A DNA stretch of 64,000 bases. Source: Verrucomicrobiota bacterium (GTDB taxonomy: Bacteria > Verrucomicrobiota > Verrucomicrobiia > Limisphaerales > AAA164-E04). Below, in pieces: positions 20,507 to 30,117 of this stretch (position 1 is the first letter of the stretch; each line of letters starts with the position of its first letter). The translations under genes and the position numbers were made by a program. The stretch is taken from assembly GCA_047947115.1 (NCBI GenBank), contig CP170459.1, forward strand, positions 5,152,001-5,216,000, given 5' to 3'. The notes below the pieces were generated by a model, which saw only the letters and a list, made by a program, of their open reading frames with translations, had not been told where the DNA came from and did not search any database.

Positions 20507-22909
20507 TTAAGTAGGGTTAAATAAGTCGTTAAATGGTTTTGTGGAAGATGGCTGGGTCAGGCGTGACAGAGAATGCTTCAAGGATGGCACCACGCTCGGC
20601 TCCACATCCATCCCGCGAGCATGTGCCAGAATCTGGCCTGCAGCCAATCCACCATCGTGCAATGGAAGCTCGCCCGGCAGCAACACCTGGAACCCGTGAG
20701 AGCGCAATTGCCCGGCCATCCAATCGGTGAACAGGCCATTTTCAAAGGCGACACCGGAAAGCACAATCAAGCGCGGATGCATGGAGGTGGCCAGATTGAG
20801 CATCCATCGACCAAAAGTATCACAGATTTTGCATAAAATTGTTTCGGGGCGAATGCCCTGCTCCAGATCGTGAACCATCCCCTTCAACATGGGCTTCCAT
20901 TCCAGGATCAGGGACTCCGAATCCTGATCAGACTTTAGTATCGGGCGGTCATAAGCATTGACAGACATGGAATGAAACGTATCTCTGTCGATCATTTGAT
21001 TGAGCACAGCCCACGAATCACCATGAAACCGATTGCGAATGGAGTGACTCAACAGGGCGGACACCCCCTGCCACCATCGACCGACACTTCTTGCCCTGCG
21101 ACATTGTAATTTCAGTTCGAACACCCGGTTCCAGTGCTCCAGGTCCTGAAGGTTCAACTGGGCACGCAAGCGCAATGGCAATGCATCCCACATGTCTTTG
21201 CCGAATACTTCATACAACATGCCGTAGAGACACCCCCGGTTGTCACTCGTCGCAAAATCACCCCCGGGCATCCAGAATGAAGAAAAAGTGGCTACTCGCT
21301 GCCAGGATTGCTTCTCAATCCACAAAACATCCCCTCCTCCGATGACATCAGCCTTCCCTCCCCGCCCCTCATCAAAACAAACCCCCATCACGTTCGCATC
21401 GGCATCCGCCCCATGCAGTGCCGTCATGACATGGGCCAGCTCGTGATCGATCTGTTCATGTGCCAACCCCGTTGAAAGTGCGTACTGAGTGGTCAACCCT
21501 TGAGGATCTCCATCAGTCAAAAACTTGGTCTGCTGGATGTCGAACAGCTTTTTGCCATCCTGAATGGCATCAAAAAAATGATCCAGATTCCCGTTCTCTT
21601 TCAGTGCCCCCAGGGAAGGGTTCAAGTAGAACCGATCATCCACTCCGAATCCGATGGAGGTGTCATTCCGCCCTCCGAGAGCCATGAGATGATGGGCATC
21701 GCATCCCAACGGCATTTCAAATGGCGCCGTTCCAAACCCAAGCTGGAGGGTCTGTTTGGTATTGCCGAGGTGCTGGACCAATGTCCTGGGAGAGGGACGT
21801 TGCAGCGGCATATCCGCAACAAGAATGAAGTCAACCATCCCTTCAAACACCTGAATCGCCTCACTCACCTGGCAGGCATAGGCCAGTTTATGCTGCAATT
21901 CATAAGCTACGGCCAAAGGCATGTTCAACAAATTGAGCAACAGATGAAAGATCCCGGATTCAGGCAGGCAAACATCCAGCACCGAACTGTCAGGCGCGAG
22001 GAGTTCAGACAAACTCCGCACCCCCGCCCTCCGAGGCAATCGCACACACGGCGCCTCGACCGACAAAAGCCAATTCCGCTCCTCAGGCCCCATCAACGCG
22101 AACGCATCCGCCGCATCCGGTGTCGACAGCATCAAGGCCAGGGGCACATGGGGTTGCCCCAACACGGCACGCATCCGACGAATGGCTTCATCGGATGTAG
22201 CCGCGCTGACAAGCCTGAACCCGGAGACATCCTTGATGGCCACAAGCCGCCCCTGATCCAAAGCAGCTGCCGCCTGGATCAATGCCTCCCGATGCCGACT
22301 CAGTTTCCCTCCCTGATGGTTCAACAATTCCACATGAGGACCACAAATCGGGCAGGTGTTCAAATGATGTAGAAAACGTCGATCTCGCGAGTTGTCGACC
22401 TCAGCCTGGCATTGCTCACACATCGCATACCCGGCTAGAACCGAATCTTCACGGTTCAACAACCCCTTCTGTCCGAACGAAAACCTCGGTCCACACTCAG
22501 TGCAGAATGTAAATGGAAAGAAAAAACGGCGATTTCCAGGATTGAGCATTTCAGCAACGCACTCCGGACACTGAGCCCGGTCCGGTTGCACCCAGCGCCC
22601 GGTCACTTGTTCCGATTGAGCCGGCAGCATCCTGAACGAGGAATCCCCTACCGTCTCAATTGGACTCACCGACAAGTCAAATCCAGGGCTGGTTTTTCGG
22701 ATACGATCGGCAAGCTGGCGTTCGAACGCCCTCAACGTCCCGCGATCTCCTTCCAATTGCACCTCATATCCTCTGGCGTTGGGCTGCATCCAGCCGCGCA
22801 GATTCAAGGACCTGACAATGCGATAAGTGGCGGGCTGGACTCCTGTTCCGTGTAGATTCCCACGAATCAAAAACCGTTTTCTAATAAATCCTGCCGAAGT
22901 GCTTCCCAT
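20507..22909 (-). CDS. Divergent HypF-like protein (acylphosphatase, 2 Zn fingers, YrdC, Kae1 domains) with degenerate catalytic motifs
   Basis: CPEC..CTECGPRF..CEQC..CPICGP, G-RLVAIK, HDGGLAAGQ; ~800 aa with HypF domain order; probable start MGSTSAG at 22909. Confidence 0.85.
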   Translation of the reverse strand: MGSTSAGFIRKRFLIRGNLHGTGVQPATYRIVRSLNLRGWMQPNARGYEVQLEGDRGTLRAFERQLADRIRKTSPGFDLSVSPIETVGDSSFRMLPAQSEQVTGRWVQPDRAQCPECVAEMLNPGNRRFFFPFTFCTECGPRFSFGQKGLLNREDSVLAGYAMCEQCQAEVDNSRDRRFLHHLNTCPICGPHVELLNHQGGKLSRHREALIQAAAALDQGRLVAIKDVSGFRLVSAATSDEAIRRMRAVLGQPHVPLALMLSTPDAADAFALMGPEERNWLLSVEAPCVRLPRRAGVRSLSELLAPDSSVLDVCLPESGIFHLLLNLLNMPLAVAYELQHKLAYACQVSEAIQVFEGMVDFILVADMPLQRPSPRTLVQHLGNTKQTLQLGFGTAPFEMPLGCDAHHLMALGGRNDTSIGFGVDDRFYLNPSLGALKENGNLDHFFDAIQDGKKLFDIQQTKFLTDGDPQGLTTQYALSTGLAHEQIDHELAHVMTALHGADADANVMGVCFDEGRGGKADVIGGGDVLWIEKQSWQRVATFSSFWMPGGDFATSDNRGCLYGMLYEVFGKDMWDALPLRLRAQLNLQDLEHWNRVFELKLQCRRARSVGRWWQGVSALLSHSIRNRFHGDSWAVLNQMIDRDTFHSMSVNAYDRPILKSDQDSESLILEWKPMLKGMVHDLEQGIRPETILCKICDTFGRWMLNLATSMHPRLIVLSGVAFENGLFTDWMAGQLRSHGFQVLLPGELPLHDGGLAAGQILAHARGMDVEPSVVPSLKHSLSRLTQPSSTKPFNDLFNPT

Positions 22910-23165
22910 ATGTTTTATCCAATCTCTGATCTCAACACATTCAGTCCGCAGGAAACGCTCTGTTGGTGATGTCCAGCATGACACGCCCATCCTTCCTGAA
23001 AAACATCCTGATCGATTCGCACCATCTTGCCCACCCTTCAATTGCCATTGCTAGTGCAAAATTTGCCACTACAATGACGCCTTCATCTCATTTCACTTCA
23101 TTATATGCTTCCAAAAGTTCAAACCGGGGAGCAGGATGACATACCGGTGACCAACCTACCTCTAC

Positions 23166-24056
23166 ATGGAAGATGATTTCTTTCGGATTGATCTGAGTGG
23201 TATTGACCGTTTGGATCTCAACAAAGACCGCGATTTCCTCAGTGACGTCGGGAAACGATTCAGAAAATCGGGTGCCCTGTGGCTGAAGGGAGTGTTTGAC
23301 CGTGATTGCCTGCATTCACTCATCCATTCATTCAATGAGAAATACGTGTCTCTCAATGAAACGGACCATCACGAAGTGTGCCAGGATGTGGGGCATGCAG
23401 ATCGAAAACTCTACACCGTGGTCATGGAAACACCCTTTGATCATCCCGATCTCTATGCTTCCCCCAAGCTTTTGCCCATCCTCCAAACCCTGTTGCACAA
23501 TCAACTGTTAATCCAGAGTTTCGGCATTGTCTCCGCCTACCCAGGCAGCAAACGCCAACCGTTGCATGTGGATCATATTGAACTTTTTGAGGAAATGGCG
23601 GGACTGGGGCGCATGCTACCAAGCTACGCCATCACGGTGGCCATTCCTCTGATTGATTTCAACGAACAAACCGGCACAACCGCCATCTGGCTGGGGAGTC
23701 ATATGAATTCGAACTCCGTCCCGACCTCGGACGAAGAAGTCACCTTTGAGAATGCGGTCCTGCCCTCACTTTCGGCCGGAGACTGCATGCTGTGGGATTT
23801 CAGGACATGGCACTGTGGCACCCCAAATTTGACCAACGCACAGAGACCCCTCATTTACCTCTCTGTGACACGCACATGGTTTGAAGATCGATGCAATTAC
23901 AACCCGGCGTCCGGCAGGTATCCCTTGCTCGTGACCAGCCAGTTCTTGGATGGGGTGGATCCAAAGTTCCTGCCACTGTTCGCCGGCGCCAAAGTCAGTC
24001 AGCCCATTGATATCATCCGGAACAAAACAAACAGTCATCTCCCTCAAACAAATTGA
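23166..24056 (+). CDS. PhyH family Fe(II)/2-oxoglutarate dioxygenase
   Basis: QPLHVD (HxD), IPLIDF..GTT, AGDCMLWDFRTWHCG..N...R. Confidence 0.85.
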   Translation: MEDDFFRIDLSGIDRLDLNKDRDFLSDVGKRFRKSGALWLKGVFDRDCLHSLIHSFNEKYVSLNETDHHEVCQDVGHADRKLYTVVMETPFDHPDLYASPKLLPILQTLLHNQLLIQSFGIVSAYPGSKRQPLHVDHIELFEEMAGLGRMLPSYAITVAIPLIDFNEQTGTTAIWLGSHMNSNSVPTSDEEVTFENAVLPSLSAGDCMLWDFRTWHCGTPNLTNAQRPLIYLSVTRTWFEDRCNYNPASGRYPLLVTSQFLDGVDPKFLPLFAGAKVSQPIDIIRNKTNSHLPQTN

Positions 24057-24098
24057 TGCGAATGTACTCCCCCCCGGGAATTTCCGGAGGCCTTAGGA

Positions 24099-25067
24099 TC
24101 AGTCAAGTTTTTGCTGCCAGGATTGAATATTGGTTTTCATGACGGACAAAAAGTCGCCTTCAGCCGTTTTCCCTCCCTGCGGACGAAAAACCGTCCATTG
24201 AATTCGACGTCTTTCAAGATGCTGCTGAATCGCGCTGTTGGGCGTATCCTCCCACAACATCCATTGTGTTGGGGTCTCTGCAAGATAATCATCCAAATCC
24301 TGCCAAGCCTCTTCATCAGGCGTGACATCCGGCTCCCAATGCAGCGAATGAAGCCGTAAATCATAAGCGCGCGCCAGGTATTGGTAAACAGGGTGAGACC
24401 CAAGCACCGGCGCCTCCCCAAATTCCTGGCGCAACGATTTCATGGCCGCATCCAGAGCCTGCAGGTCGGTCGTAAGCGCACTCCATTTCCGGTTCAAACC
24501 ACCTTCATGATCAGGCCAACGCTGCCGCAGGGCTTCAAAAATGGCCTCCGCCTGCCGTTGGGCCAAACCGAAATCCAACCACGTGGTAAACGCAAGTCCC
24601 GCATGCGAATGCTCACCTTCCGGTCCATGTTGATGCGTGGGGCCCGCCTCATCCATGATCCAAAGATCTTTAAAGCCAAGGGAGGTGTTCACCATGCGGG
24701 AAGCCGGCAAACTGGACGTTTGAACCCATCCAGCATAATCAGCCCCGTTCAGTATGATGAGATCAGCCTGCTGATAGGCCGTGATTTGATCCTCATCCGG
24801 TTCCCAAAAGGCCGGATCCGCCACATCCTCGGGCGCTGGGAATACAACATTCGCCCACTCGGGATCCACCAATCGTTCCGCCATGTACCTCAACGGCTCA
24901 TTCACAACGTAAATGTCCACAACACCATCATCGGCGATGACCGAAGATCTCAGGTTCTTGGTTTCGTCCTCAGGTTGACATCCCGCAAGAAGCAACATGA
25001 AACACAACGAACAAAACACCCACATGAAATGCCGAGGGAGTTGAATGGAAAGGGAGGAGAATTTCAT
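24099..25067 (-). CDS. ZnuA/TroA-like metal ABC transporter substrate-binding lipoprotein
   Basis: Lipobox LLAGC; DPAFWEP, ADLIILNG, His-rich loop THQHGPEGEHSH, TWLD, SHPVYQYL. Confidence 0.85.
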   Translation of the reverse strand: MKFSSLSIQLPRHFMWVFCSLCFMLLLAGCQPEDETKNLRSSVIADDGVVDIYVVNEPLRYMAERLVDPEWANVVFPAPEDVADPAFWEPDEDQITAYQQADLIILNGADYAGWVQTSSLPASRMVNTSLGFKDLWIMDEAGPTHQHGPEGEHSHAGLAFTTWLDFGLAQRQAEAIFEALRQRWPDHEGGLNRKWSALTTDLQALDAAMKSLRQEFGEAPVLGSHPVYQYLARAYDLRLHSLHWEPDVTPDEEAWQDLDDYLAETPTQWMLWEDTPNSAIQQHLERRRIQWTVFRPQGGKTAEGDFLSVMKTNIQSWQQKLD

Positions 25068-25172
25068 CAGATCGAATCTTGTCAAAAGCGGTTGATTTTT
25101 TTATGAACCCTTCTCTGCTGTTCAATCAAGCAGAAAACACACTCGTACAAAAGGAAACTAAAACGATAAGCA

Positions 25173-26078
25173 TTGCGGGCCGGCAAAGTGGAGAAGATAG
25201 CGCATCCTAAGAACTTCTGTGACCGAAGCACATTCAAGGGCTTGTGTGCCGTATTGCGGGATTGGATATTCATCTTTTCAGCGGCATCCACAGCCATCTG
25301 GTTCGATCACTGGTGGTTCACCATCCTGATCATCTGGTTCATCGGTTACATCCAGTTTTGCCTGGGAGAAGCTTTGCTGCACGAAGCATCCCACTACAAC
25401 CTCTTCAAAACGCGCAAATGCCACTTTTTGCTGCAGTTTCTTTATGCATATCCGTTTTTTCAAACATTGAAGGGATTTCAAAAAGAACACCATCTGCATC
25501 ACGTCGACCTGATGGGCCCCAACGACGAAACCATGAATGATTACGTTCGGTATGGCCTTGCTGAAGATCGTCCCAATGTTTTTTACATCTGGTTCATCAA
25601 ACCTTTTCTGGGTGGCCCCACGTTGTATTACATCAAAAGCGGTCCGGACTTTGACACGCAGTCCAGTCGATGGCAACTGGCTCTGTTTTGGACGCCGGTG
25701 ATCCTCTTTTTCTATTGGATGGGGGCATTGGACTTGCTTGTGCTATATTGGTTTGCGCCACTGGCATGGCCTTTCCCCATTTTCCAGTACTGGTCCGAAA
25801 TTGAGGAACATTACAACACCCGCAGCGGCGCCCGATCCAACGTTTCCTGGCTCGACAACTTTTTCAAACACAACGAAGGTTACCACTGGATCCATCACCG
25901 CTATCCGTCCGTTCCTTTCCACAAATTGAAAGAAGCCCATCAAGCCCTGACCCCGGAAGGAACCGACATCAGTCATGGCTTTCTGGAATCCTACCGTCAA
26001 ATGGCCACCCCCCAAGCGCCAGCCTGGCCCGGCCACCCCCAGTTGAAACCCGGACCACTCAAAGAACCTGGGGCCTAG
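25173..26078 (+). CDS. Membrane fatty-acid desaturase family protein
   Basis: His boxes HEASH, HHLHH, EEH...HNEGYHWIHH; hydrophobic segments. Confidence 0.85.
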   Translation: MRAGKVEKIAHPKNFCDRSTFKGLCAVLRDWIFIFSAASTAIWFDHWWFTILIIWFIGYIQFCLGEALLHEASHYNLFKTRKCHFLLQFLYAYPFFQTLKGFQKEHHLHHVDLMGPNDETMNDYVRYGLAEDRPNVFYIWFIKPFLGGPTLYYIKSGPDFDTQSSRWQLALFWTPVILFFYWMGALDLLVLYWFAPLAWPFPIFQYWSEIEEHYNTRSGARSNVSWLDNFFKHNEGYHWIHHRYPSVPFHKLKEAHQALTPEGTDISHGFLESYRQMATPQAPAWPGHPQLKPGPLKEPGA

Positions 26079-26120
26079 AGCTCACAGAGAGTTGCAATCA
26101 GTTAGTGTGAAAAGTGTTAC

Positions 26121-26150
26121 CTCTGTGCTCTCTGTGTCCTCCGTGGTTAA
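26121..26150. repeat. 9-bp periodic intergenic repeat
   Basis: CTCTGTGCT-CTCTGTGTC-CTCCGTGGT-TAA; partial inverted partner CACAGAGAG at 26083-26091. Confidence 0.55.
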
Positions 26151-26263
26151 CAAAAAATCCATTCATCCCGCACATTGAATCGCACCCCCATATCGCACCG
26201 GGAGAGAATGAGACTTTCCAAGCGGCTTCATAAGACACATAATCATCGCCAATCCCTAAAACC

Positions 26264-26585
26264 ATGAAACAATTAATCTGCCTGCTCAGCCTTTGGCATG
26301 CACTCTGTTGCTTTGCCGACAAACGTCCAAACATTGTCTGGATCATTCCTGACGACATGTCCGCCAACTTTGCATGCTACGGCGAAAAGGCCATTGATAC
26401 CCCTCACCTTGATCGCTTGGCCGAACAGGGAGTACGTTTCACTCAAGCCCACGTCACTGCTCCAGTCTGTTCCACCTGCCGCTCGGCATTGATCACCGGC
26501 ATGTACCAGACCAGCATCGGAGCGCATCACCACCGAAGTGGACGCGGCACCAAAAAAATCCATCTGCCATCTCATATCACACTTG
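26264..26585 (+). pseudogene. N-terminal fragment of a secreted sulfatase
   Basis: Signal peptide, RPNIVWIIPDD, TPHLDRLA, VCSTCRSALITG; similarity ends at ~26585 and the frame stops at 26653. Confidence 0.8.
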
Positions 26586-27638
26586 CTATCCGGAAGCCAA
26601 AAGTCCGAGGAAATCGAGCAAATCATAAAAGAAGCATACGATCAAATTCCTGAACCTTTGAAAAGAGAATGGTTCGCGCTAGCAGCAATGACCTTGCGCT
26701 GCGAAGCGCTGCTGGATCAACAGAAATATAGCGAAATGGAATCTTTGATAACAGAGGAGCTGAAGCATTCATTTTCGAAGCGATCCAATGCTGGAGAACG
26801 GGACTCGCACATGCAGTTGGCAGGCCTCCTTATCATGGCTCTCTGTCCTCAGGAAAAATTTGGTGAAGCACTCCAAATATTACAGATGCAGATCGCCGCC
26901 GTAAAGGGCAGCTCCATCGATCAGGAAGAAAAAGACCAATGCTTGATCATGCTACAGCAATTGGAAGGCGAGGTGTATGCGCGCTCTGGACAAAGTGACC
27001 GAGCGCTGGAAATATTGGAGGATGTCGCGGAAAACCAAGATTCTCACCCCGCCTATTGGCTTCGAGCGGCCTTGGTGACGGCGGGCATCGGAGACCACGA
27101 AGCCCACGATCGTTTAAGCAGCTTGGGAATAATCCGCTTCGCTTCTTCAACCGATGGCAGAGGGAGCCTTTGGATAGCGAAGGGACTCCTACAACTATCT
27201 CCGGATCGGTTAAAACTGGCCATAGCCAAAAAACTTATTGATCAGGCAGATGGCAGTTTGGATTGGGTGAGCAGAATGACATTCCATTTTGTCAAAGCAG
27301 AACTCGAACTGCGCTTGGGAAATTACCCGGAAGCAGCAAAGGAAGCCACGCGCTATCTCGAAGAATCCTCAACCGGATATGGTTCCCGTTATGCTTCTTC
27401 GGAAGCATTCTCTGCCAGCGCCAACTTCATCCGAGCCATCGCAGAAGCACATCAAGACCATCATCGGCAAGCATTGGAGGATTTCAACAAAGCCCACACC
27501 CTTTTGAATGCCACTTTAGGGCCTGACCGAGGTTATCATTGGTATGAATCCTACCACGCCCAGGCACTACTGAGGGAAGCAACCGAGCTATTCGAGGAAA
27601 AGGGTATGAAACCCGCGATAATATCCCCCCTGAACTAA
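26585..27638 (+). pseudogene. 5'-truncated TPR-like helical repeat protein
   Basis: ~350 aa open frame with TPR-like segments (GEVYARSGQSDRALEIL; AELELRLGNYPEAA); no convincing own start; abuts the sulfatase fragment. Confidence 0.6.
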
Positions 27639-27684
27639 ACGAAACAGCAGAATCCCTTCGTGGCTTGTGACTTTGTGTGAGAAC

Positions 27685-27729
27685 AAAAAAACACCCATCA
27701 TCAAATGAAAGATTCACCTAATGATGGGT
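27685..27729 (-). terminator. Possible terminator after aspS
   Basis: ACCCATCAT...ATGATGGGT stem followed on the minus strand by a T run. Confidence 0.5.
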
Positions 27730-27749
27730 TTAAATTCCAACCGAATGAA

Positions 27750-29564
27750 CTATTCGCCATTCTGCTCTTTTTGAGGGGCTCGGAGCTGGATGTGCAGATC
27801 CCTCAGCTGCCTGTTTTCTGCTGTGCCGGGTGAATCGGTCATCAAGCAGGTGCCTTTGGCTGTCTTTGGAAATGCGATGACGTCACGGATACTGTGTGTA
27901 CCACAGAGAATGGCGATCAGGCGATCAAATCCAAGGGCAATCCCGCCATGCGGAGGACAACCGAATCGGAAGGCTTCCAACATGTAACCGAATCGTGCCT
28001 TGATGAGGTCTTCGGGCAGTTGAAGCACTTTTTCAAAGATGGTGCGCTGGACCTCGGGCTGATGGATACGGATCGATCCCCCACCCAATTCAACGCCGTT
28101 GACCACCAGGTCATAGTGTTGACCGCGCACTTTTTTCGGATCGGATTCCAGATAAGGAATGTCTTCTTCAACCGGTGCGGTGAAAGGGTGATGACTGGAA
28201 TACCAACGGTTCATTTCCTTGTCGAAACTCAACAACGGAAACTCAATCACCCATAGAAAATCAAAACGATTGGGATCGATGGTCAGCTTGCCCTTCTGCT
28301 GCAGTAAATCCGCACATTGCAGGCGAATGCGACCCAATACTTCACACGCAGCCAACCATTCGTCAGCGGCAAAAAGAATCAAATCACCATCTTCAATTTC
28401 CAAGGTCTCCTGAAGAGCGGCTTTTTCTTCGTCGCTGAAGAATTTGACAATCGGTGACTTCCATTCCCCGTTTTCGACCTTGATGTAAGCAAGCCCCTTG
28501 GCGCCATGACTGATCGCCAGCTGGGTCAGACCTTCCATCTGGCCCTGAGTCACATCGGCGAGCCCCTTGGCGTTCATGGCCTTGATCACGCCACCGCGCT
28601 CGATGGTGCCGCTGAACACCTTGAAAGAACTCGTTTTGAAAGTCTCGGAAAAATCATGCATCTCCAAACCGAAACGGGTGTCGGGCTTGTCGATACCGTA
28701 GGTGTTCATCGCCTCTTCAAACGTGATACGCTTGAAAGAAGCCGGGATATCCATGTTCAGCGCGCTTTTCCAGATGCGCCCCATCAGACCTTCAATCAGG
28801 CTGTAGATATCCTCACGATCAATGAAGGACATTTCAATGTCGACCTGGGTGAACTCAGGCTGGCGATCGGCACGTAAGTCCTCATCACGATAACAACGGG
28901 CCAGTTGAAAATATTTCTCCACACCGGATACCATCAGAATCTGTTTGAACTGCTGAGGTGACTGCGGCAGCGCATAGAAGTGGGAGGGGTGAAGACGGCT
29001 GGGCACCAGAAATTCGCGGGCACCTTCAGGCGTGGACTTGAACAAGGTGGGCGTTTCCACTTCCAGGAAACCTTCCTCATCAAGAAACACACGGGAAGCC
29101 GTGGCGACTTTACTGCGCAGGCGCAGGTTGCGGATCATTTCCGGGCGACGCAGATCCAGGTAGCGATATTTCAAACGCAACTCTTCATTGACCTTGGAAG
29201 CCGTTTCAGGGTCGTCCACGGGAAAGGGCAGCACATCGGCGGCATTCAATACCTCCATGGACTGCACCATGACTTCGACCTCACCGGTGGGGATCTTGGT
29301 ATTATCAGTGCCTTCAGGACGTTTCCTCACTTTGCCTGTGACGGAAATGACGCTCTCGCTGTGCAGCGATGCGGCGGCATCAAACAGGTCGGCGGGAAGA
29401 TCCGATGGATCAAAAACAGTCTGTGTGCGACCTTCGCGATCGCGAACATCGATAAACAATACGCCGCCCAGATCACGCCGGGAATGCACCCAACCGTTGA
29501 GGGTCACGACTTGATCGATGTGTTGTGTTCTAATTTCGTTGCAATGAATCGTGCGTTTCTTCAT
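27750..29564 (-). CDS. aspS: Aspartate--tRNA ligase
   Basis: RRDLGG, LRLKYRYLDLRR, STPEGAR, ALPQSPQ, RDEDLRADRQPEFTQ, PPHGGIALG. Confidence 0.98.
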   Translation of the reverse strand: MKKRTIHCNEIRTQHIDQVVTLNGWVHSRRDLGGVLFIDVRDREGRTQTVFDPSDLPADLFDAAASLHSESVISVTGKVRKRPEGTDNTKIPTGEVEVMVQSMEVLNAADVLPFPVDDPETASKVNEELRLKYRYLDLRRPEMIRNLRLRSKVATASRVFLDEEGFLEVETPTLFKSTPEGAREFLVPSRLHPSHFYALPQSPQQFKQILMVSGVEKYFQLARCYRDEDLRADRQPEFTQVDIEMSFIDREDIYSLIEGLMGRIWKSALNMDIPASFKRITFEEAMNTYGIDKPDTRFGLEMHDFSETFKTSSFKVFSGTIERGGVIKAMNAKGLADVTQGQMEGLTQLAISHGAKGLAYIKVENGEWKSPIVKFFSDEEKAALQETLEIEDGDLILFAADEWLAACEVLGRIRLQCADLLQQKGKLTIDPNRFDFLWVIEFPLLSFDKEMNRWYSSHHPFTAPVEEDIPYLESDPKKVRGQHYDLVVNGVELGGGSIRIHQPEVQRTIFEKVLQLPEDLIKARFGYMLEAFRFGCPPHGGIALGFDRLIAILCGTHSIRDVIAFPKTAKGTCLMTDSPGTAENRQLRDLHIQLRAPQKEQNGE

Positions 29565-29731
29565 GGAACCTAAACCGATGGGCCATTCAACAGGACACCC
29601 AATCGAGCGGAATGTTTTACCGCATTTCGGGATAAATCAAAGCAAAAACCTTAGAATCTTGTGCATAGAAACTCAGTGGGGATTGGGAACGTTTGCTTTT
29701 GCATCGCACATTGCTCAAACTCATTCTGGAA

Positions 29732-30079
29732 ATGAAGGAAAGCAAGTATCGCATGGTATGGGTGACGGCTCCCGATCTCGAGACCGCACGTCGTTTGGCG
29801 AAAGGTGCGGTAGAGCGCCGGCTGGCAGCATGCGGGAAGGTGCTGTCACTGGTGGAATCGCACTACTGGTGGGAGGGTAAACTGGAAAGCGCCAACGAAT
29901 ACCAGTTGGTGTTCAAAACACACCAGGACCGTCTGCAGTCATTGACGGATTGGGTGGTTGAGCAGCACCCGTATGAAGTCCCCGAGTGCGTGGCGGTTCC
30001 GGTTGTGGAGGGGTATCCGCCATACCTGAACTGGCTTCGGTCTGAGACCGAAGCGTGCGGATCAGACCGATCTGTCTGA
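29732..30079 (+). CDS. cutA: Divalent-cation tolerance protein CutA
   Basis: RLAAC, SHYWWEG, HPYEVPE, YLNWL. Confidence 0.93.
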   Translation: MKESKYRMVWVTAPDLETARRLAKGAVERRLAACGKVLSLVESHYWWEGKLESANEYQLVFKTHQDRLQSLTDWVVEQHPYEVPECVAVPVVEGYPPYLNWLRSETEACGSDRSV

Positions 30080-30107
30080 TCGGACGGATCGGTCCGATTG
30101 TCCGATC
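30061..30107. repeat. 9-bp periodic self-complementary repeat between convergent cutA and lysC
   Basis: ATCAGACCG-ATCTGTCTG-ATCGGACGG-ATCGGTCCG-ATTGTCCG-ATC. Confidence 0.65.
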
Positions 30108-30117
30108 ACCCTGTCGG

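Noticed and set aside
20507..22909. Hydrogenase maturation locus
   Set aside because: No other hyp or hydrogenase genes in 64 kb and the catalytic motifs are degenerate, so the hypF symbol was withheld.
23052..23068. Sigma-54-like motif upstream of the HypF-like gene (minus strand TGGCAAATTTTGC)
   Set aside because: GG-to-GC spacing is 8 rather than the required 10.
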